From positions 7,980,001 through 8,012,000 of the forward strand of contig NC_010628.1 of the NCBI RefSeq assembly GCF_000020025.1: DNA of 32,000 nt, read 5' to 3'. Every line of letters begins with the position of its first letter. Position 1 is the stretch's first letter. Below, one piece after another: positions 25,385 through 32,000 of the stretch. The notes beneath the pieces are model-generated. The model made no database searches. It was given only the letters and a program-made list of their open reading frames with translations, and was not told the DNA's origin. Both the position numbers and the translations under genes were made by a program. Source of the DNA: Nostoc punctiforme PCC 73102. GTDB lineage: Bacteria > Cyanobacteriota > Cyanobacteriia > Cyanobacteriales > Nostocaceae.

Positions 25385-26869
25385 TTGCTTTCTGGATTTG
25401 CCACTTGTCCTGGCTTGTTTTATGCTACACCCGCCGCCGATGGTATATTATCTCGCATTAGAATACCAGGTGGAATTATTAGTAGTCAGCAGTGCCGTGC
25501 GATCGCAGATATAGCAGACCAGCATGGTGGTGGCTATGTTGATGTCACTAATCGAGCTAACCTACAAGTCCGCGAAATTCGCACGGGGATCAATAGTGAG
25601 GTTTTGCAGCATTTACAGGATATGGGATTGGGTTCTCGCAATTCTGTTGTAGACCACATCCGTAATATTATGACCAGCCCAACTGCTGGTATTGACGCGC
25701 AAGAATTAATCGACACTCGCCCTTTTGTCCAAGATTGGGATAATTATATTGCTGCACATCCGGCGCTTTCGGGACTGTCGGCAAAGTTTAGCGTTTGCTT
25801 TGATGGTGGTGGAATTATTCGGGTGTGCGATCGCTTGAATGATATCCTATTTGCTGCTGTCTTAGTTGACGGTAATGTTTACTTCCGCCTCTATCTCAGT
25901 GTCGGGACAAAGGGTCAACCGCCTAGCGATACGGGGATTTTGTTAACACCAGAGCAATGTTTACCCGTCTTAGCAGCTTTAACAGAGGTCTACCTAGCTC
26001 ATAGTAATACTACAAATAATCGTCGGCTACGTCTCTTAGAGTTATTGAATACTTTGGGTTGTGAAAATTATCTCCAAGAAGTTCAGCAGCGTCTACCTTT
26101 TTCTCTTTTATGCAGTAACCTAACCCCCCAACCCCCTTCCCTCGTAGGGAAGGGGGAGAAATTCTCCCCTCTCCTGCAAGGAGAGGGGTTGGGGGAGCGG
26201 TTAGATGCTAAATATCAGCATATTGGCATCCATCCCCAACGACAGCAAGGCTTATTTTACATTGGTGTCGTCTTACCTCTTGGACGGTTGGAGAGTAACC
26301 AGATGAAGGGTTTGGCAGATTTAGCAGCAAAATATGGTAGTGGCACTCTTCGGTTAACCCCCTGGCAAAATTTGCTGCTAACAGATATTCCTCAGCAATG
26401 GGTTGGTGATGTCCAAAGTAAAATTGCTTTCTTAGGATTAGATATCTCAGCAACTAACATCAAGAGTGCGTTAATTGCCTGTTCTGGAAACAAAGGTTGT
26501 GCCTCTTCTGCCACGGACACTAAAAGTCATGCTTTGGCATTAGTAGAATATCTTGAAACTCGCGTTACTCTGGATTGCCCAGTTAATATCCACTTTAGTG
26601 GCTGCGAAAAATCCTGCGCCCAGCATAGCAAGAGTGATATTACTTTGCTCGGTGTCAGCATTGAGGATGGCAATGGAACTGTAGAAGGCTATCACGTTTA
26701 TGTTGGTGACAGCGAGCATAAATTTGGACGGAAAATAATATATCAATATGTGACTTTTGCCGAACTACCTGCATTAATAAAGCGGATGCTAGATGTATAT
26801 AAAATTCAACGCCTAAATTCTGATGAGTCCTTTGGGGAATTTGCTAATCGATATACAGAAAAATTGTAG
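25385..26869 (+). CDS. cobG: precorrin-3B synthase (nitrite/sulfite-reductase-like, two half-domains)
   Basis: CPGLFYATPAADGILSRIRIPGG, a second half starting HIGIHPQRQQGLFYIGV, and an Fe-S/sirohaem-type Cys cluster (CSGNKGCASS...GCEKSCAQ). It is followed by cobH and cobI. The track start (GTG at 25268) lies inside the riboswitch. The TTG at 25385, 8 nt after AAGGAG, is preferred. Confidence 0.75.
   Translation: MLSGFATCPGLFYATPAADGILSRIRIPGGIISSQQCRAIADIADQHGGGYVDVTNRANLQVREIRTGINSEVLQHLQDMGLGSRNSVVDHIRNIMTSPTAGIDAQELIDTRPFVQDWDNYIAAHPALSGLSAKFSVCFDGGGIIRVCDRLNDILFAAVLVDGNVYFRLYLSVGTKGQPPSDTGILLTPEQCLPVLAALTEVYLAHSNTTNNRRLRLLELLNTLGCENYLQEVQQRLPFSLLCSNLTPQPPSLVGKGEKFSPLLQGEGLGERLDAKYQHIGIHPQRQQGLFYIGVVLPLGRLESNQMKGLADLAAKYGSGTLRLTPWQNLLLTDIPQQWVGDVQSKIAFLGLDISATNIKSALIACSGNKGCASSATDTKSHALALVEYLETRVTLDCPVNIHFSGCEKSCAQHSKSDITLLGVSIEDGNGTVEGYHVYVGDSEHKFGRKIIYQYVTFAELPALIKRMLDVYKIQRLNSDESFGEFANRYTEKL
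26124..26195. repeat. 72-nt palindromic mini-element carried in frame within cobG
   Basis: Two 10-bp perfect hairpins: CCCCCTTCCC/GGGAAGGGGG at 26132-26156 and CCCCTCTCCT/AGGAGAGGGG at 26166-26188. The outer complement is CCCCCAACCCC/GGGGTTGGGGG. It translates to part of LTPQPPSLVGKGEKFSPLLQGEGLGER. Confidence 0.85.
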
Positions 26870-26897
26870 ACGCAAAGCGGCTTGCCGCAGGCTACCA

Positions 26898-27008
26898 CAG
26901 AGGCACAGAGAACACAGAGAAATATAGAGTTTGAGAGGTATTTTGCGTAAATCCTTTAATAAATACTTAGAAATCTGCTTCTCTTCCTCTGTGTTCTCTG
27001 CGCCTCTG
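26898..27008. repeat. Intergenic inverted-repeat element (22-nt arms, 21/22 match, 67-nt spacer) between cobG and cobH
   Basis: CAGAGGCACAGAGAACACAGAG (26898-26919) pairs with CTCTGTGTTCTCTGCGCCTCTG (26987-27008). Related arms recur at 28504-28517 and 30803-30825. Confidence 0.8.
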
Positions 27009-27052
27009 CAGTTAATTAACAAATCAATCCAAAATCTAAAATCCAAAATCGA

Positions 27053-27679
27053 ATGCCCGACTACATCCGAGATGCCAACGAAATTTACCGTAATTCTTTT
27101 GCAATCATCCGGTCAGAAGCAAACCTAGATGTGCTGCCACCAGATGTAGCAAAAGTTGCCGTGCGTCTCATTCATGCCTGTGGGATGACGGATATTGTTA
27201 CTGACTTGGGGTATTCACCAACAGCAGTGCAATCCGCAAGGGCAGCGCTAGCAGCAGGAGCGCCAATTTTATGCGATTGCCGGATGGTTGCTGATGGCGT
27301 TACCAGGCGACGATTATCTGCTAGCAATCAAGTTATCTGTACCCTCAACGAGCCGGAAGTCCCAGAAATTGCCCAGCGTCTGGGTACTACAAGATCGGCA
27401 GCAGCCTTGGAATTATGGCGATCGCATTTGGAGGGATCGGTAATTGCAATTGGTAATGCACCCACAGCACTATTTAGGTTGTTAGAAATGCTCAATGAGG
27501 GAGCTAACAAACCTGCGATTATCTTAGGCTTTCCAGTGGGATTTGTCGGTGCAGCCGAATCGAAAACGGCGCTGGCAGCAGATAGCAGGAATGTACCATT
27601 TTTAACATTACATGGTCGGCGCGGTGGAAGTGCGATCGCAGCCGCCGCAGTTAACGCCCTGGCAACGGAGGAAGAATAA
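27053..27679 (+). CDS. cobH: precorrin-8X methylmutase
   Basis: RLIHACGM, IGNAPTALFRL, GFPVGFVGAAESK and HGRRGGSAIAAA are CobH/CbiC signatures. Confidence 0.9.
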   Translation: MPDYIRDANEIYRNSFAIIRSEANLDVLPPDVAKVAVRLIHACGMTDIVTDLGYSPTAVQSARAALAAGAPILCDCRMVADGVTRRRLSASNQVICTLNEPEVPEIAQRLGTTRSAAALELWRSHLEGSVIAIGNAPTALFRLLEMLNEGANKPAIILGFPVGFVGAAESKTALAADSRNVPFLTLHGRRGGSAIAAAAVNALATEEE

Positions 27680-28386
27680 TGAGCAAAATCAAAGGTCGTC
27701 TCTATGGAATTGGTGTAGGCCCAGGCGATCCCGAATTATTGACTCTGAAAGCATTGCGGTTATTACGTGCGGCTCCTGTGGTAGCTTATCAATCAGCCAC
27801 AGATAAAGAAAGTGTTGCTAGAGCGATCGTGGCGCAATATCTTCCTGGTAATCAAATCGAGGTGTTATTTCACCTCCCCCGCGCTTTAGAACCAGAAAAA
27901 GCCAAGTCTATTTATGACAACGAAATTCAACCAATCGCCGACCATTTAGCCGCAGGTCGAGATGTGGTGGTGCTATGCGAGGGAGATCCATTTTTCTATG
28001 GTTCATTCATGTACGTTTTCACGCGGTTATCTGAAGAGTACCCAACAGAAGTTATCCCCGGAGTTTCCTCGCTGATGGCTTGTCCGGTAGCTTTAGGTGT
28101 ACCTTTCACTTACTACACCGATATTCTCACAGTCTTACCCGCCCCATTACCAGCAGAAGAACTGACTACACATTTGTTGATGACTGATGCAGCAGCAATT
28201 ATGAAGCTAGGTCGTCACTTTACTAAAGTACGAGATATTCTGCATAAATTAGGGCTAGCATCACGGGCAAGATATATTGAGCGGGCATCAACATCACAGC
28301 AACGCATCATACCCTTGGATGAAGTTGATCCAGATAAAGTACCCTATTTCTCAATGATTGTGATCCCAACTAAGAATCGACTATAA
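27679..28386 (+). CDS. cobI: precorrin-2 C20-methyltransferase
   Basis: GRLYGIGVGPGDPELLTLKA and GDPFFYGSF are tetrapyrrole methylase motifs. The start overlaps the cobH stop (TAATG), suggesting translational coupling. Confidence 0.9.
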   Translation: MSKIKGRLYGIGVGPGDPELLTLKALRLLRAAPVVAYQSATDKESVARAIVAQYLPGNQIEVLFHLPRALEPEKAKSIYDNEIQPIADHLAAGRDVVVLCEGDPFFYGSFMYVFTRLSEEYPTEVIPGVSSLMACPVALGVPFTYYTDILTVLPAPLPAEELTTHLLMTDAAAIMKLGRHFTKVRDILHKLGLASRARYIERASTSQQRIIPLDEVDPDKVPYFSMIVIPTKNRL

Positions 28387-28430
28387 GGGATTTCGAAGAA
28401 ATAAATTATCCAAAGAAACAAACCACAGAA

Positions 28431-28517
28431 ACAAGGCAGCGCGGTCTTCTCCCTTGGGAGACGCTAAGAGCGATGGGGGTTTCCCCCATGAGCGACTGCC
28501 GCCCAGAGAACACAGAG
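28431..28517. repeat. Dispersed repeat copy (GGGGGTTTCCCCC core + CAGAGAACACAGAG arm), inverted relative to the copy at 30725-30835
   Basis: By-eye alignment of its reverse complement to 30725-30835 shows shared blocks: CAGTCGC, GGGAAACCC, GCGTCTCC/GCTGTCTCC, and TTCT(C)TG..TGTGGTT. Confidence 0.55.
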
Positions 28518-28677
28518 TGAAGAGAAATAGAGAGAATTTTGCTATCGACTTTGGGATATTTTTTATTTGGAAGTCCCTAAACCAAAAAAACAAGTAGGCA
28601 TCATTCACGATGCAATGCTGCCAATTGCTTTGCGATGATTTAGACTTTACCATAAATAAATACTTCAAAAAAAATTG

Positions 28678-29004
28678 ATGGCTCCTAATAGCACCTTCAC
28701 TCCTGATGCGATCGCTGCTGGCTTTCATGCCCTGTCCGATCCCTTACGAATTCAGGTCTTAGAACTCCTGCGCTCTCAAGAACTATGCGTGTGCGACCTA
28801 TGCGACCACCTGGGAACAACTCAGTCTAAACTGTCTTTTCACCTCAAAACCTTGAAAGAAGCTGGTTTAGTTCGCGCTCGTCAAGAAGGGCGCTGGATTT
28901 ACTACAGCCTCAATCTGCCGCAATTTGTTGCTTTAGAGCAGTATCTAGCAGAATTTCGTCGCTTTAGCCCAATATTACCTATTCGTCCCCCCTGCGAGAC
29001 TTAA
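28678..29004 (+). CDS. arsR: ArsR/SmtB family metalloregulator (arsenite-responsive type)
   Basis: wHTH with the ELCVCDLCDHLG metalloid-binding motif, directly upstream of acr3-arsC-arsH. The ATG at 28678 is preferred to the TTG at 28675. Confidence 0.85.
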   Translation: MAPNSTFTPDAIAAGFHALSDPLRIQVLELLRSQELCVCDLCDHLGTTQSKLSFHLKTLKEAGLVRARQEGRWIYYSLNLPQFVALEQYLAEFRRFSPILPIRPPCET

Positions 29005-29111
29005 ATATTCATCAATTTTTTTTATAATATTTTGTTTAATTTTAGTTTTTTAGGCATTAATAAATCAATTTTTTTTGAAATGATGGAGATATACTCTTGA
29101 TATAACTCACC

Positions 29112-29160
29112 GAATTTTAGATTTTCAATTTTGGATGTTGGATTGAATAATCTGAAATTC
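29112..29160. promoter_or_regulatory. Imperfect 49-bp palindrome upstream of acr3 (candidate ArsR operator)
   Basis: GAATTTTAGATTTTCAATTTTGG-ATG-TTGGATTGAATAATCTGAAATTC. The outer arms GAATTTTAGATT/AATCTGAAATTC match 11/12 and the inner TTCAAT/ATTGAA match 6/6. It ends 26 nt before the acr3 ATG. Confidence 0.35.
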
Positions 29161-29185
29161 CTGCTCTAAGCTCCTGCATTTATGT

Positions 29186-30262
29186 ATGGGGTTAATTGTA
29201 ATGAACAAAAATACTTTAAAACGCCTCTCTTTTATTGACCGCTTTCTAACCTTATGGATTTTTTTAGCAATGGCCATCGGTGTTGGCCTGGGCTATTTCT
29301 TTCCGGGAGTAGAAGCGTTTATCAACCAGTTCCAGGTGGGAGCAACCAATATACCAATTGCCATCGGGTTAATTCTGATGATGTACCCACCCCTAGCCAA
29401 GGTGCGATACGAAGAATTAGGGGATGTATTTCGCAACGGAAAAATTCTTGGTGTTTCACTAATTCAAAATTGGATTATTGGGCCAATTTTGATGTTTGCT
29501 CTGGCAGCTATCTTCTTACATAATTACCCAGAATACATGACGGGATTGATTTTGATTGGATTAGCCCGGTGTATTGCAATGGTAGTTGTGTGGAGCGACT
29601 TGGCACGAGGCAATACAGAATACACAGCTGGATTAGTTGCCTTCAACAGCATCTTTCAAGTCATCTTTTATAGTCCTTATGCCTGGTTTTTTATCACTGT
29701 ACTGCCGCCACTGTTTGGGTTACAAGGCAGTGTTGTGAATGTCAGTATTGCCGAGATTGCTGAAAGTGTATTTATCTATCTTGGTATTCCCTTTTTAGCA
29801 GGATTTTTCACTCGTTTCTTCTTAGTAAAAGTGAAAAGTAAGCAGTGGTATCACGAGGAATTTGTCCCTAAAATCAGCCCGATAACGCTGATTGCTCTGT
29901 TATTTACAATCGTCGTTATGTTCAGCTTGAAAGGGAATTTGATTGTTCAGATCCCCTTAGATGTGGTGAAGATTGCAATTCCCTTGATCGTCTACTTCAT
30001 CATCATGTTTCTGGTCAGTTTTTACATGGCTTGGCGCGTTAAGACGGACTATTCTAGAGCCGCAAGTGTAGCGTTTACATCGGCAGGAAATAATTTTGAA
30101 CTTGCGATCGCAGTTGCGATCGCAGTGTTTGGGATTAATTCGGGTGTTGCTTTTGCCGCCGTTGTCGGACCTCTGGTGGAAGTGCCTGTATTGATTGGTC
30201 TGGTCAATGTTGCTTTCTGGTTTGAAAAACGTTATTTCACAACACCAAAATCGAGAGCCTGA
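29186..30262 (+). CDS. acr3: arsenite efflux transporter, ACR3 family
   Basis: 358-aa, 10-TM-like ORF with ACR3-type blocks ([43 protein letters not shown]). The alternative start at 29201 is not excluded. Confidence 0.9.
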   Translation: MGLIVMNKNTLKRLSFIDRFLTLWIFLAMAIGVGLGYFFPGVEAFINQFQVGATNIPIAIGLILMMYPPLAKVRYEELGDVFRNGKILGVSLIQNWIIGPILMFALAAIFLHNYPEYMTGLILIGLARCIAMVVVWSDLARGNTEYTAGLVAFNSIFQVIFYSPYAWFFITVLPPLFGLQGSVVNVSIAEIAESVFIYLGIPFLAGFFTRFFLVKVKSKQWYHEEFVPKISPITLIALLFTIVVMFSLKGNLIVQIPLDVVKIAIPLIVYFIIMFLVSFYMAWRVKTDYSRAASVAFTSAGNNFELAIAVAIAVFGINSGVAFAAVVGPLVEVPVLIGLVNVAFWFEKRYFTTPKSRA

Positions 30263-30298
30263 TAAGTTTAGTCCACAATTATTCCGAGGAGTTGAACC

Positions 30299-30712
30299 AT
30301 GAAACGTGTAATGTTCGTCTGCAAAAAGAATTCTGCCCGTTCTCAAATGGCGGAAGGCTTTGCTAAAACCCTTGGTAAGGGAAAAATTGAAGTGATTAGC
30401 TCTGGATTAGAAGCAAGTCAGGTCAGACCAGAAGCGATCGCCACCATGAAAGAAATTGGTATCGATATTACCGATCAACACTCCAAACCCCTCAGTGATT
30501 TCCAAGCACAAGACTTTGATGTAGTGGTTTCTTTGTGTGGCTGTGGCGTGAATTTACCGCCAGAGTGGGTTATGCAGGAAGTATTTGAAGATTGGCAATT
30601 AGACGATCCAGCAGAACAACCGGAAATTTTTCCTAGAGTCCGCGATGAGATTAAAGAACGGGTGACTCAATTGATTGAGTCTGTGAATAAAGAAATTACA
30701 CCTGCTCAATAA
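30299..30712 (+). CDS. arsC: arsenate reductase, LMW-PTPase type
   Basis: CX5R P-loop (VCKKNSARSQMAEG) plus an SLCGCG Cys pair, as in the Synechocystis-type glutaredoxin-coupled ArsC. Confidence 0.9.
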   Translation: MKRVMFVCKKNSARSQMAEGFAKTLGKGKIEVISSGLEASQVRPEAIATMKEIGIDITDQHSKPLSDFQAQDFDVVVSLCGCGVNLPPEWVMQEVFEDWQLDDPAEQPEIFPRVRDEIKERVTQLIESVNKEITPAQ

Positions 30713-30724
30713 AGATTGCAACTT

Positions 30725-30835
30725 CTTCATTTCTCCGTGTCGCGCCAGTCGCCTCAAGTCGGGAAACCCGCCCACGGCGCTGTCTCCCCAACGCACTGGC
30801 TTCTCTGCGCCTCTGTGGTTCCTTTTATTGGATAC
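30725..30835. repeat. Dispersed repeat copy between arsC and arsH
   Basis: CGCGCCAGTCGCCTCAAGTCGGGAAACCCGCCCACGGCGCTGTCTCCCCAACGCACTGGCTTCTCTGCGCCTCTGTGGTTCC is homologous to 28431-28517 in the opposite orientation. The track ORF reads through it as a spurious ArsH N-terminal extension. Confidence 0.55.
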
Positions 30836-30844
30836 TTATTTTTT

Positions 30845-31513
30845 ATGACGACATTTGACCATCCGCCCAGAATTTTGTTTTTGTATGGCTCCCTGCGTGA
30901 GCGTTCCTATAGCCGTCTCTTAGCAGAAGAAGCAGCACGCATCATTGAAGAATTTGGGGCAGAGGTGAAGTTTTTTAATCCACGCGAACTGCCAATCTAC
31001 GGTAGCGTACCTGACACCCATTCAAAGGTGCAGGAGTTGCGCGAACTAAGCTTGTGGTCGGAAGGGCAGGTATGGTCTAGCCCAGAACTGCACGGTCAGA
31101 TTTCTGGCATAATGAAAAACCAAATCGACTGGATTCCGCTTAGTATCGGAGCCGTTCGCCCGACTCAAGGCAGAACTTTAGCTGTCATGCAAGTAAGCGG
31201 TGGATCTCAGTCTTTTAATGCTGTCAACACATTAAGAATTCTTGGGCGCTGGATGCGGATGTTTACTATCCCCAATCAATCCTCAGTGGCTAAAGCATAT
31301 CAAGAGTTTAATGAAGACGGCACAATGAAAGATTCACCCTACCGCGATCGCGTTGTAGATGTGATGGAAGAACTTTACAAGTTTTCCTTGCTATTGCGTG
31401 ACAAGGTTGATTATCTCACAGACCGCTATAGTGAACGAAAAGAAAAAGCTGCTAAAAAGACAATTAAGATAGCTTCTCAATCTCTTGAAGTTAACTCTAA
31501 TAAAACAAATTAA
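30845..31513 (+). CDS. arsH: NADPH-dependent FMN reductase ArsH
   Basis: [26 protein letters not shown] and [20 protein letters not shown] are ArsH signatures. The ATG at 30845 is chosen over the TTG at 30716. Confidence 0.9.
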   Translation: MTTFDHPPRILFLYGSLRERSYSRLLAEEAARIIEEFGAEVKFFNPRELPIYGSVPDTHSKVQELRELSLWSEGQVWSSPELHGQISGIMKNQIDWIPLSIGAVRPTQGRTLAVMQVSGGSQSFNAVNTLRILGRWMRMFTIPNQSSVAKAYQEFNEDGTMKDSPYRDRVVDVMEELYKFSLLLRDKVDYLTDRYSERKEKAAKKTIKIASQSLEVNSNKTN

Positions 31514-31526
31514 CTATTGAGTACCC

Positions 31527-31562
31527 AAAAAAAGATAACCTCCTGGCAGATTGAACCAGGAG
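31527..31562 (-). terminator. Terminator-like hairpin after the PHP-domain gene
   Basis: On the minus strand: CTCCTGG / CCAGGAG 7-bp stem, 9-nt loop, then GTTATC and a run of 7 T. It lies 22 nt downstream of the stop at 31585. Confidence 0.45.
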
Positions 31563-31584
31563 ATTTAAAAAAATTGATTCATCT

Positions 31585-32000
31585 TTACAAGCGTTGTAGC
31601 AGACTCAAACCGTGGGTATCAGTACCACAGGTATTGAAAAGAAAGTATTCATCAGCCAACTTTTGCACTTGTTCGGATTCCACTATGCTGGGTTTCCAAG
31701 GATTAGGGTTATTGTAGGCGTAGAAAGTTTCCACACCATCGATCCCCTTTTGGGATGCAGCTGGAATTAAGTCAAAATGCGATCGCTTATAACGGGCTGG
31801 ATGAGCCAGAACTGCCAATCCCCCAGCTTGATGAATAGCGGCAATCACGTTACTTGCCTGATATTCTTGGCCTGTAGTCGGCCTTCTTTGCAGATAGGGT
31901 TTCATGCTAGGGTGTTCTGGAGCAAAAGCGTAAGCCAAAATGTGAACTTCTATATCCAGAAGGTTAGCATTAATTTCTACGCCACTCCACAGGTAAGGAG
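31585..32000 (-). CDS. PHP (polymerase/histidinol-phosphatase) domain metal-dependent phosphoesterase; the N-terminal part lies outside the window
   Basis: The frame is open from position 32000 (..LWSGVEINANLLDIEVHILAYAF..GGLAVLAHPARY..GIDGVETFY..CGTDTHG..). These are PHP His/Asp motifs. The track M at 31938 is an internal TTG. Confidence 0.75.
   Translation of the reverse strand, partial: PYLWSGVEINANLLDIEVHILAYAFAPEHPSMKPYLQRRPTTGQEYQASNVIAAIHQAGGLAVLAHPARYKRSHFDLIPAASQKGIDGVETFYAYNNPNPWKPSIVESEQVQKLADEYFLFNTCGTDTHGLSLLQRL

Noticed and set aside
25249-25461. 70-aa ORF and the first 39 codons of the track CobG ORF (from 25268)
   Set aside because: Both are translations of the cobalamin riboswitch and its expression platform.
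28381-28728. 115-aa minus-strand ORF between cobI and arsR
   Set aside because: It reads through the dispersed repeat and the arsR promoter and start. It is low complexity with no motifs.
29957-30346. 129-aa minus-strand ORF
   Set aside because: It lies antisense to the 3' end of acr3 and the 5' end of arsC, both of which are strongly supported.
30716-30844. 43-codon N-terminal extension of ArsH from a TTG start
   Set aside because: It is a translation of the dispersed repeat copy. The conserved ArsH sequence begins just after the ATG at 30845.
1-32000. Prophage, IS element or integrative island spanning several genes
   Set aside because: No integrase, transposase, recombinase, phage structural gene or tRNA attachment site was seen on either strand. 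Only non-autonomous mini-repeats are present.

Overview
This 32-kb chromosomal segment looks like a filamentous, heterocyst-type cyanobacterium (Nostocales-like). By eye I found more than twenty exact HIP1 octamers (GCGATCGC), several tandem heptamer (STRR-like) arrays and dispersed palindromic mini-repeats. I found no rRNA, tRNA, CRISPR array, transposase or integrase. Gene order: phylloquinone genes menE, menC, menA (minus strand) divergent from menF (plus strand); an AT-rich single-gene insert encoding an HNH-nuclease/TPR fusion; proA; a PAS-GAF hybrid histidine kinase. A decayed stretch follows: an aldehyde dehydrogenase pseudogene, a GluR0-like ligand-gated channel, an MFS transporter with an in-frame stop, the 5' stump of a Tat-signal haloperoxidase-like gene, an S51 peptidase and the 3' stump of an SDR. 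Then come an aldo/keto reductase; a PD-(D/E)xK-like ORF 5 nt upstream of a cysteine desulfurase; PrxQ/BCP; a Zn-ribbon Ser/Thr kinase with 7 WD40 repeats; a two-gene, order-swapped photolyase-like pair; a cobalamin riboswitch with cobG-cobH-cobI; arsR-acr3-arsC-arsH; and a partial PHP-domain gene. The candidates most worth follow-up are: (a) the split photolyase-like pair with a four-Cys Fe-S-type motif; (b) the HNH-TPR island; (c) the nuclease-like/cysteine desulfurase pair; (d) a 34/35 inverted heptamer-array pair bracketing the menC 5' end; (e) repeat elements carried in frame inside menE, menC and cobG. All functional calls rest on motif recognition by eye, because no database or HMM search was possible. 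None of the candidate systems is proven.
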